Assembly: GCA_048940445.1 (NCBI GenBank)
Contig: JBHLON010000001.1
Location: 83,386 to 147,385 of the forward strand
Origin: Promethearchaeota archaeon
Lineage (GTDB): Archaea > Asgardarchaeota > Lokiarchaeia > Sigyniarchaeales > SOKP01
Direction of reading: 5' to 3'
Length of the DNA: 64,000 nt
Position 1 is the first letter of the stretch, and each line of letters starts with the position of its first letter. Made by a program: the position numbers and the translations under genes. The notes under the pieces were generated by a model, which worked only from the letters and a program-made list of their open reading frames with translations, searched no databases and was not told the origin of the DNA. Below are positions 53,724-62,511 of this stretch, piece by piece.

Positions 53724-54491
53724 TTATTCAATTTTCTTAGCTAAATCATGATAAATGTCTTTATTGGAATAATATTGGTGAACTCGTCTAAGGCTTCGTT
53801 TTACAGTTAAATTACGACCACTAGTTAATACAGAAATGAACGTCAATGTTTTAATTTTTCCTTTCTTCAATTTACGAATTAAATATATCAGAGAATCCGA
53901 AAAAACTTTATCAATTCCTAAAGAATATGGTGGTTGTTTAAATCCACCCGATTTAAAGAAAACATCTCTTCTAACAATCATATTAGTTCCAGATAATTCA
54001 GGATATCCAAATAAACTTTTACAAAAATAGTATAAATGGCTCCCGAGATTTTGAAAAAAGTATTTAGTTATTGTGTATTTTGGGGTTCCGATATTAAATG
54101 AAAAGGCAATCCCGTCATAATATTTTATCCGAGCACTGCAAGCAAAAAGATTTTTATTTTTGTTAAAGATATGATATATTTTTTGTAAAAAGTAGGGGCC
54201 TATTAGTGTATCAGCATCTAAAAACAACAAGATATCTCCAGATGTTTTCTGTGCAGCATAATTTAACTGATGAGTCTTTCCTTTTTTAGGTGATACAAAT
54301 ACTTTTGCAAAATTTTTAGCAATTAAAACTGTTTTATCAGTACTTTGTCCATCACTTACGATAATTTCATAAGGAAAATTACAAATTTGTTTTTCAACAG
54401 CTAACAAAGTTTCTTTTATTAATTTTTCCTCATTATAAGCCGGGATCACTACTGATATTTTGGGATTATGCAACTGGTTAATTGCCTTCAT
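53724..54491 (-). CDS. Family 2 glycosyltransferase
   Basis: 'ISVVIPAYNEE' and 'LFLDADT' (DxD). Confidence 0.85.
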   Translation of the reverse strand: MKAINQLHNPKISVVIPAYNEEKLIKETLLAVEKQICNFPYEIIVSDGQSTDKTVLIAKNFAKVFVSPKKGKTHQLNYAAQKTSGDILLFLDADTLIGPYFLQKIYHIFNKNKNLFACSARIKYYDGIAFSFNIGTPKYTITKYFFQNLGSHLYYFCKSLFGYPELSGTNMIVRRDVFFKSGGFKQPPYSLGIDKVFSDSLIYLIRKLKKGKIKTLTFISVLTSGRNLTVKRSLRRVHQYYSNKDIYHDLAKKIE

Positions 54492-54594
54492 TTTATTTTA
54501 TATAAAGTAGAATGATTATTATACTTTAATTCATTCATTTGAGAATATATGATTTTGCAATATTTAATATGAATTTAATTTTAAAATTTGAGTA

Positions 54595-55689
54595 GTGACA
54601 AAAATGAAAAAAGCATTTATAATACCCTTTCTTTTTCTTATCTTTAGTTCTACACTTCTCATTTTATTCATATTGTCACGTTTGTTTTTCTCAATTCCTT
54701 GGATTAACATCCTATATGACTTTATAAGACCTTGGATGGCTCTGATTTTTTACAAATATAATATATATATCTATGGTGGAATTGTAATCTGTTTTGTTGC
54801 TTTATTACCTTTATTTGTTTTAGGATATAATATAGCAAAGTCTAATCAATTACTTGGTTCAATTATATATATTTTTAGTTTATTGGGTTATGTAGTAATT
54901 ATCTTATTAGCTTCCTTATTCACATATTTCAGTATTCTATTCAATGAACAACTAACAATCAATACTAGATTAATGCTATTTCTCCTTTTTTTACCAGTAA
55001 ATTTTACGATAACTCTAATTCTTTTTTTAGTAAACATCGATTTCTACCTTTTTTTAAAGGATTTGATGAAGGCTAGAAAAGTTTGGAAACATAAAAAACC
55101 TGAGTTTGAGGTCGTCGAGAAAGGTAAAATGACTTATATTAACATTGAAACCGATGAATTTATTTTTACTCCTGTACCAATGTTAATAATCGCAAAACAT
55201 CTTCAGCAAAAGCGATATTCTATTGCTTGGTTTGTAAAGGGAGCATTTAATCATTTATTTTCACTTGTTATTTCATACTTAATTGGGTGGCCGACAGCCA
55301 GAAATATGTTATTTCGCTTCTTAGGAATGAAAATAGGTAAAAATTGCCATATTTCGCAAAAAGCTATACCTGATCCCTTATTACCAGATTTAATTGAATT
55401 TGAAGACGGGAGTGGGTGTGGGATTGGTGTAAAGTTGTTGACTCATAATGCAATGAATATTAAACATGGAAGCTTCAGTTTTGGACCTATCAAAGTCTGT
55501 AAAAATGCGAGAATAGGAGCATATTCTATTATTCTCCCCGGTGTCACAATTGGTGAAGGATCTATTATAGGGGCTCATTCTGTTGTTGCAGAAGATATTC
55601 CACCATATAGCATCGCATTGGGATCTCCAGCGAAGGTTATCAGGGAATTAACAGAAGCCGAAAGAGAGGAAGTAAATAAGAACTATTGA
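54595..55689 (+). CDS. Membrane-anchored hexapeptide-repeat O-acetyltransferase
   Basis: The N-terminal ~160 aa are TM helices. The C-terminus has LbH repeats 'VCKNARIGAYSIILPGVTIGEGSIIGAHSVVAEDIPPYSIALGSPAKVI'. Confidence 0.8.
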   Translation: MTKMKKAFIIPFLFLIFSSTLLILFILSRLFFSIPWINILYDFIRPWMALIFYKYNIYIYGGIVICFVALLPLFVLGYNIAKSNQLLGSIIYIFSLLGYVVIILLASLFTYFSILFNEQLTINTRLMLFLLFLPVNFTITLILFLVNIDFYLFLKDLMKARKVWKHKKPEFEVVEKGKMTYINIETDEFIFTPVPMLIIAKHLQQKRYSIAWFVKGAFNHLFSLVISYLIGWPTARNMLFRFLGMKIGKNCHISQKAIPDPLLPDLIEFEDGSGCGIGVKLLTHNAMNIKHGSFSFGPIKVCKNARIGAYSIILPGVTIGEGSIIGAHSVVAEDIPPYSIALGSPAKVIRELTEAEREEVNKNY

Positions 55690-55690
55690 A

Positions 55691-56473
55691 TTATTTCTCA
55701 ATAAACTTTTCAATTAATTCATTTATCTCTTTATGATTGTCAACCATGACTCTATGCGTTCCATTATCAATAACAATCATTTCTGAATTCGGGATTAAAT
55801 CCTTTAAATTATTAAGCATTGATTTGTCAATAATTTTGTCTTTATTTCCGTAGATTATAAGAGTTGATTGATGAACTATTAAGTTTTTATTATATAAATG
55901 ATATTTTCTTGTCATATTTTTAAATGTACTTAAAACTATTGATTTGGGTAATTTTAGGGCATTTAAGTACAGTTTTTTAAACTCAGTATTATCATTTGTA
56001 TTCGAAACTATTTGGTGAACAATAGATTTTAAAAATTTTTTATAGAGGATTTTAAAAATTAAATTTACCAAAAAGAGTATTATTTTATCTTTATAAGATG
56101 ACGTGAATGAAGCACTTGTACTAATTAAAATTAATTTTTTTACTAAATCCTTATTTTTTATGGCAATATTTAATGCAATCATTCCCCCTAAAGAATGGCC
56201 TACTAGTATAACTTCATTATATCCTATAATTTTAAGAAATTCTAAAATTTGATTTGAAAAGAACTCTATAGAGTATTTGGTATTTGGTTTACTTGATTTA
56301 CCAAAACCGGGTAAATCTAATATAATAATATGTCTTTTGGAATTAAAATAGCATATTTGATAAATCCATTCATTTGAACTTCCTAACCAACCATGTATAA
56401 ATAAAATGGGAATACCTTGAATAGTATTTTCAGAATAAAAAATTTTTAAATTAGTAATACTAACAAATGGCAT
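55691..56473 (-). CDS. Alpha/beta-fold hydrolase
   Basis: 'ILFIHGW' and the nucleophile elbow 'VGHSLGG'. Confidence 0.8.
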   Translation of the reverse strand: MPFVSITNLKIFYSENTIQGIPILFIHGWLGSSNEWIYQICYFNSKRHIIILDLPGFGKSSKPNTKYSIEFFSNQILEFLKIIGYNEVILVGHSLGGMIALNIAIKNKDLVKKLILISTSASFTSSYKDKIILFLVNLIFKILYKKFLKSIVHQIVSNTNDNTEFKKLYLNALKLPKSIVLSTFKNMTRKYHLYNKNLIVHQSTLIIYGNKDKIIDKSMLNNLKDLIPNSEMIVIDNGTHRVMVDNHKEINELIEKFIEK

Positions 56474-56486
56474 TATTGTTTAACTT

Positions 56487-57518
56487 TTATTTTAATATAT
56501 TTTGATAGATAAAATTTCTAATAGGATGTTTAACAAAATTAGAAGGATTCCAATAACAAGGTTTAAAACAGTTGCAGTAATCAAATTTAAACGCTTTGAC
56601 TGTTTTGACTCGTTTCTTATGATGTAATGTAATAAAATCATTAAATTGAATATTAGTATTTACATCTTCACAGAGCATTACGGAACCATCATTATCTATT
56701 GAGTAATATAAATCTCCAGCATCGCAATTCCAATAGCTTCCTTTTTGATACCATTTATTCATGTAATAATAATAGATATTCGGGGAGAAAATTTGGATAC
56801 CTAATCTTTTGAGATTTTGAATTGTTTTCCTTAATCTCTCCATTTGTTCTTTCTTTAACAATAAATCAGGACAATAATTTCTATATTGATATTCTTCAGA
56901 GGGCTTTAATGATGAGTGAACAGGATCTATTGAAAATCGACAATCTATTTTTGAATTGATAATTTTTATTAGAGGAATAAGCCTTTGTATATTCTTTTTA
57001 GTAGGTACAATATGAATGCAATAATCAATATTATCAGGATACTTCCTTTTTATGTTATGAAGTAATTCAAATAATTCTGGACGATATCTTTTCGGACTAA
57101 AACTTGTTTCTCTTAAATCATCAATACTAATTCCTAAAAGGAAGTAACCATATGACGCAAATTCTTCAAGTAAAGGTTCAGATAATAAAGTACCATTAGT
57201 AACTACATGAGTGAATGTATTTAAATTTATACAATATTTCAAAAGTTCCCCTAAGTCTGATCTAAGGGTGGGTTCTCCTCCATATATTGTAATAAACCTG
57301 CATCCTTGATTATAAATTTGATTTATTATTCTCTTCCATTGATTTAACGATATATCTGCTTTTTGATTTCTTTTTGAAGCAGCACAATAATTACAATCAA
57401 GGTTACACTTCCTAGTAAAAAATAGGCTAACGAATACAGGTCCTTTTATTATTCTAAAAATTCTCTTTAAATAACTGACTCCAACTTTTCTTAAAATGGT
57501 GTTTTTTTTATTTGTCAT
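56487..57518 (-). CDS. Radical SAM enzyme with a C-terminal Cys-rich (SPASM/twitch-like) extension
   Basis: 'CNLDCNYC' cluster and 'ITIYGGEPTL'. C-terminal cysteines: 'WNCDAG...MLCED...DYCNCFKPC'. Confidence 0.75.
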   Translation of the reverse strand: MTNKKNTILRKVGVSYLKRIFRIIKGPVFVSLFFTRKCNLDCNYCAASKRNQKADISLNQWKRIINQIYNQGCRFITIYGGEPTLRSDLGELLKYCINLNTFTHVVTNGTLLSEPLLEEFASYGYFLLGISIDDLRETSFSPKRYRPELFELLHNIKRKYPDNIDYCIHIVPTKKNIQRLIPLIKIINSKIDCRFSIDPVHSSLKPSEEYQYRNYCPDLLLKKEQMERLRKTIQNLKRLGIQIFSPNIYYYYMNKWYQKGSYWNCDAGDLYYSIDNDGSVMLCEDVNTNIQFNDFITLHHKKRVKTVKAFKFDYCNCFKPCYWNPSNFVKHPIRNFIYQNILK

Positions 57519-57573
57519 CTTTAAATTTTCTTAATCGAATGATTAAAATAAGTAAATATACTAAAAAATATTA

Positions 57574-58563
57574 ATGACTCAAGTTTTGCAACCAGTGTCC
57601 ATTGTTGTTCCTATAAAAAATAGGGGTAATTTTCTTCCCAGTTTAATTAAAAATCTCCAAGATTTAAATTATCCAAAATATGAGATCATTATTGTTGATG
57701 ATGGATCAACAGATAATACAAAAGATTTATTAAAAAAGTCTCAGATCAAATCAATTTTACTAACAAAATCGGTTGGATCTGCGGAAGCAAGAAATCTAGG
57801 GATTAGGCAAGCAAAATACAAAGTTATCGCTCTTACAGACTCAGATTGTTTTGTATCAAGAAATTGGTTAAGAAACTTAGTTCCATTTTTAAATAAGTAT
57901 GATATAGTTGGGGGTAAGGTCTTATTTTGCGATAAATCTGAACGAAAATTAAATCCATTTAGTCAAAATGATGAGGTAATCATACGTAAAGATTCAAATA
58001 TTAATTTTCTTAATACAAGTAATATGTTATTAAAAAAAGATGTTTGGAACTTAGCAGGTGGATTCCTAAGTTATAGAATTGAAGATTTAGAATTTTCCTG
58101 GAGATCTATAAAAAAAGGATTTAAATTAATCTACGTTCCAAAGGGCTTAGTAATTCATTATGGAAAAAGAAATCCTCTTCAAAATATTAAAAAATATTTT
58201 CATTATGGGAAAGCTTATTCAGAAATTGTATCAATCCATAAGATGGAATTTATATTTAAATCAGAGCCTATTTTTAATTCTAAATCAATTAGAGACTATA
58301 TTCCAATAATAATCTATTCAAATGTCGTATTCTTAGTGTTTTTTATAAGTGGTTTTTTCCTTTTTAATAAGATATTTGGATTTTCATTTTTAAACGTTGC
58401 ATCCTTTCTTTTTGTTTATTTATTTTTTCGATTCATAATAAAAGTTGATGTAATTTACAAATTATATAAATTTAGTATCACATTTAGCATAATATTATAT
58501 ACTCTAATCTATATGCTAAAAAATAAGAAAAAAAGAAGACAGTTTAATAAAGCCAATCAATAA
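57574..58563 (+). CDS. Family 2 glycosyltransferase with C-terminal TM helices
   Basis: 'VSIVVPIKNR', 'IIIVDDGSTDNT' and 'ALTDSDC'. The C-terminal ~90 aa are hydrophobic. Confidence 0.85.
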   Translation: MTQVLQPVSIVVPIKNRGNFLPSLIKNLQDLNYPKYEIIIVDDGSTDNTKDLLKKSQIKSILLTKSVGSAEARNLGIRQAKYKVIALTDSDCFVSRNWLRNLVPFLNKYDIVGGKVLFCDKSERKLNPFSQNDEVIIRKDSNINFLNTSNMLLKKDVWNLAGGFLSYRIEDLEFSWRSIKKGFKLIYVPKGLVIHYGKRNPLQNIKKYFHYGKAYSEIVSIHKMEFIFKSEPIFNSKSIRDYIPIIIYSNVVFLVFFISGFFLFNKIFGFSFLNVASFLFVYLFFRFIIKVDVIYKLYKFSITFSIILYTLIYMLKNKKKRRQFNKANQ

Positions 58564-59854
58564 TAGAGGAACAACTTTTACCTTGTACGTTTTTTAATCG
58601 TCCAATGATTCTAAAAGTGGCACCTTCATACCCACATTCTGGACAATTCTTTTTTGAAATAAGTTCTACAATATCATCGACTAGAACCGCTTGATTAATG
58701 CTTCCATTCACACCATATGGCGTAATTACTTCTAGAAGGCCCTCCATTCCATCATTAACTGGTTCTAGACTTTCTATATCTCTTACTATAATCCTAGATG
58801 TATCTGGACAATGTAATATGAAATCTTGATATTTTTCAGACCAATGCCCTCCAAAAAGTGTAGGTCCTTCAGTGAATGCATAAATATCAGCTATATCCTT
58901 TGGCTTGATATTAAAAACCTTTTCATAATTTTGAATAAACCTAAGTTTATCAACAGCATTTAATTTTGCCTCCCCTTTAACTCCATCCCATCCTCCTCCA
59001 CCACAACCAACGAAGGACATACCATCAAGATCATAAAAAATATTTTCCTTCAATAATCTATTCTCAAACATATTATTCATTAATAGAGGACTCCCACCAA
59101 ATAATAATTTGCATACTTCAGTATTTTTCCATTGATTTGTTTTCACAATTTTTTTTATTATTTTTAACATTCTGCTTACATCTACGATGAAACCACCTTT
59201 CATTGAAAGAGTTGACAGAATCGCCCAGATTGTTTTTAAAAATTTGGCTTTTACCATATATTCCTCAAAACCATAGTATTCCCATGGTTTATTCATACAC
59301 GCCGTAAAGTAGCGTGTCTTTTTAACATATTCAAACCCTTTAACATTTTTTCTTGCCATCATTGCCATTAAGAAACGTCCAGGTGCAAAGTTAAAGATAA
59401 CGCTCTTCTTATTTTCTGTTCTTAAATCTTTCCACCTGAAAAATTCATTAAATACTTTAATTGAATTATATTGGATTTGATCGAAATCTTCTAGTGTACG
59501 AGGGACTATAGAAGGATCTCCTGAAGTAGAAGAAGAACATGAAAAAAGAACTATATCATCTAGAGGTACTTTTAGCAGGTTTAGAGTTCGGTTCTCACTT
59601 TTTTTATATAAATCTGAAGGGATATAGGGAATATTATCCAGATTATTACTATTTATTTCATCAGGAATGGAAAAGTCGAACTTTTTACACAGATCTTCTC
59701 GATAATACCTACAGTTACTATAAGAGAATTTTATTTGTTCTAAAACATCATTATAAAATGTCTTATCCGAATATTGATGCAATTCTGAATCAAAATATTT
59801 TCTCTTCAGTTCTTTGGGTAAATAATCATGTACTTTATATTTCAAGAAAATCAC
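58544..59854 (-). CDS. LuxE-like acyl-protein synthetase / adenylate-forming enzyme
   Basis: The N-terminal 'IPYIPSDLYKK' then 'FSCSSSTSGDPSIV' resemble the LuxE/PaaK-type 'SSGTTGxPS' region. There is a C-terminal 'CPECGYEG' zinc knuckle. Assignment is at family level only. Confidence 0.45.
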   Translation of the reverse strand: MIFLKYKVHDYLPKELKRKYFDSELHQYSDKTFYNDVLEQIKFSYSNCRYYREDLCKKFDFSIPDEINSNNLDNIPYIPSDLYKKSENRTLNLLKVPLDDIVLFSCSSSTSGDPSIVPRTLEDFDQIQYNSIKVFNEFFRWKDLRTENKKSVIFNFAPGRFLMAMMARKNVKGFEYVKKTRYFTACMNKPWEYYGFEEYMVKAKFLKTIWAILSTLSMKGGFIVDVSRMLKIIKKIVKTNQWKNTEVCKLLFGGSPLLMNNMFENRLLKENIFYDLDGMSFVGCGGGGWDGVKGEAKLNAVDKLRFIQNYEKVFNIKPKDIADIYAFTEGPTLFGGHWSEKYQDFILHCPDTSRIIVRDIESLEPVNDGMEGLLEVITPYGVNGSINQAVLVDDIVELISKKNCPECGYEGATFRIIGRLKNVQGKSCSSIIDWLY

Positions 59855-59963
59855 ATTATATAAAAAAACCAGTCTAGTTGGTTTTTTAATTGATTATAAT
59901 AATTTTAGTCTATTTTTATATATATTCCCTCTTAACTAAAATAAAAAGAAAAAAGAAAAAGTT

Positions 59964-61316
59964 TTATTTTGTAGATAAAGCTATTATTTCAGCTTCTTGT
60001 TTTTCAAATAACATAGGAGTTTTTTCCCAACTTAATTCCTTTGGAAGTTTAAATTGACGTAAAAACATGTATAAATGAATATAACCACTAATTAGAAAGA
60101 CTAGCAAAACACTGTAATGTTTATCGCCATACTTTCTAATAGCATTGAATAGATAGCCAAACATAAAAAGTAGACAAGAAGTACTCCAAATTAGTAAATA
60201 ATATTCCCCAATTAGAAAGAAAAGGACCATAAATCCAATGACTATAGGAATCCAAGTATCTATATTCCCTATTAACATCATTGTCATATTTCTCGCGATA
60301 ATTAAAGATTTGCCATTTTTATGCTCGCTTTTCATTGCCATCAACTGAGGCATATCAAAAATAAACCCTGCAAGCCATCTTGTACGTTGTTGAGTTAATA
60401 TTTCCCATGTACTTGGTACATATTCGTAAATTTTAGCTTTAGGAGAAAAGAGTATTTTAACTCCGTCTAAGTTTAAAAGTACAGATAAATAAAGATCTTC
60501 AGTCATAGAATCTTCATTAAAACCTCCATATTTCCTTAAAAATTTAGTTCTAACAGCAAAATTTCTTCCGAATGAATAAGCTGAAGACCCCAACCGATTT
60601 TTAATTTCAAAAAGCAAACCTCCACCCGAAACCATAGCATAATCAAGAAGAATTCCTCGGGTTAAATTATTTTCTTTCCAATTTTTAACTAACACTGGTC
60701 CTATAACCGCATTATTGTTATCATTTTGAAATGGTGAAATCAAATCTTTTAGGGTATCTGGTTCTAAAATACAGCCTGAGTCATAAAGTAGAACGATATC
60801 GTGTTTGACATATTTTAAACCATAATTCAAAGCTGGAGGTTTACCCTTCTTTGCTAAGCTATCTGATAACACCTCAATATCTATCATATTGTATGTCATA
60901 GCAAACTTTTGACAAAACTCTGTTGTATCGTCTGTAGAACCACTTGTGATTATGATTATTTGGATATTTTCTTTTGGATAATTTGAATTAACAATAGATG
61001 TTAATGTTCTTTCCAGAAGGATTCGCTCACTTTTAGAGGCAATCATTATGCTTATTTTTGGATAATAAGTTGTTTTAGTCTTATAACCACTTCCAAATGA
61101 GGCTAAAAAGTGAATTCCATAATAAAGAAGCAAGCCCCATATCATTACAAGCCCTATTAAAGGAAATATAAACCACCAATAAGTTAAAGGATCAGTAAAG
61201 AAGGCATTAATAGAATCTCTTACGCCTGAAGTCCAGAAAGATGGAAAGTATATATGGAAAATAACATATAAAACTACCAAAAAGAACCCATATAATATGA
61301 TTTTTGACATTTTCAT
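59964..61316 (-). CDS. Processive family 2 glycosyltransferase (cellulose/chitin/PNAG-synthase-like; TED and QxxRW motifs)
   Basis: N- and C-terminal TM bundles flank a GT2 core with 'ISIMIASKSE', 'LLYDSGC', 'MTEDLYLS' and 'QQRTRWLAG'. Confidence 0.85.
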   Translation of the reverse strand: MKMSKIILYGFFLVVLYVIFHIYFPSFWTSGVRDSINAFFTDPLTYWWFIFPLIGLVMIWGLLLYYGIHFLASFGSGYKTKTTYYPKISIMIASKSERILLERTLTSIVNSNYPKENIQIIIITSGSTDDTTEFCQKFAMTYNMIDIEVLSDSLAKKGKPPALNYGLKYVKHDIVLLYDSGCILEPDTLKDLISPFQNDNNNAVIGPVLVKNWKENNLTRGILLDYAMVSGGGLLFEIKNRLGSSAYSFGRNFAVRTKFLRKYGGFNEDSMTEDLYLSVLLNLDGVKILFSPKAKIYEYVPSTWEILTQQRTRWLAGFIFDMPQLMAMKSEHKNGKSLIIARNMTMMLIGNIDTWIPIVIGFMVLFFLIGEYYLLIWSTSCLLFMFGYLFNAIRKYGDKHYSVLLVFLISGYIHLYMFLRQFKLPKELSWEKTPMLFEKQEAEIIALSTK

Positions 61317-61337
61317 TGAGAATCACGTTTTTATTTT

Positions 61338-62288
61338 TTATTTTAATACTCCATTTTTTTTATCCATTTCCTTTAATCCTTTATAGATGTATCGCCCAAA
61401 TGGTATTACTGATATGACCATAATTATAAATAAACTAATTTGAAAAATAAACATTGTCCATGTAGTTATCCATGTATGAACCGATGCCCATATTGTTGTA
61501 CTAGAGGGATTGATTAAATATGTAATCAACATAGTTAGACTTGAGACTCCATACATTGCAAAAAATGTAGCAGTTACCAAAAATCGAGTAATTCTTTCAC
61601 CTATAAAGGGCTTTGTTTCCTTCATTCCTAAACCTTCATGTCTCGCTCTCATATATTCATAAATAAAAATAAGGAATATATTTGTCCATACTATCCATCT
61701 AAAATTAAGACCATAAGCATTTATAATCATATAATTGGCGGGAATTAAGCATACAAACATAAGTATATCACAAATTCGATCAATTACATTATCTAACCAA
61801 GCACCTCGTTTTGATTTAATGTTTAGTAAACGAGCTATAGCCCCATCAATTCCATCAATAATACCCGTAAAAAGTACCAATATTGCCAAAGGAAGAAACC
61901 ATGCACCATAAAAAGGTTGTTCAGAGAATAAGTTAACACCAGGTAAAGTCCCGTCCCCAAGCATAACAACACAATAAAAGATTAGGAAGGATAAAATTAA
62001 ATTCATAAAAGAAACTTTATTTGGAGTTAATCCCCACCTTATGAAGATCTTTGCCCCTCTATATGTTATTGGCATATAAATCTTTCCAGAAGGGTCTTTT
62101 TTCATTTTGGTAAAATAATCTTCTAACTTGTGAGCTGATCCATGATCTCTAATCCAATCTTTAATGAAGTCATCTAAACTCATAAATTCTTGATTTGGTT
62201 TCCTATTAGGAATTCCACTAATTAAAATAATTATAAGTAACAATATCAAAATTAATGGAAATATTACTTCGAAAATAATTTCTGTCAT
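61338..62288 (-). CDS. CDP-alcohol phosphatidyltransferase family protein
   Basis: 'DGIDGAIARLLNIKSKRGAWLDNVIDRICD' matches D-x2-DG-x2-AR-x8-G-x3-D-x3-D. The protein is polytopic. It lies 21 nt upstream of the processive GT2, on the same strand. Confidence 0.85.
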   Translation of the reverse strand: MTEIIFEVIFPLILILLLIIILISGIPNRKPNQEFMSLDDFIKDWIRDHGSAHKLEDYFTKMKKDPSGKIYMPITYRGAKIFIRWGLTPNKVSFMNLILSFLIFYCVVMLGDGTLPGVNLFSEQPFYGAWFLPLAILVLFTGIIDGIDGAIARLLNIKSKRGAWLDNVIDRICDILMFVCLIPANYMIINAYGLNFRWIVWTNIFLIFIYEYMRARHEGLGMKETKPFIGERITRFLVTATFFAMYGVSSLTMLITYLINPSSTTIWASVHTWITTWTMFIFQISLFIIMVISVIPFGRYIYKGLKEMDKKNGVLK

Positions 62289-62511
62289 CTAATACACCTA
62301 TATTAACTAATTTATTTGTTTAAGCAATAAATTTTGATTTGGTAATTAAAGTTAGAGTTTTCAATATATATAAATTTAGTGCAAATCCCTTTTTGTTCTA
62401 AAATAATTATTTTATCTTATCTATCTTATTTATTAGAATTCTAAATTACTTTAAATATAATACACAGTATTAAATAATCACAGATTCATAAAAAATTAAA
62501 CAATAGATAAG

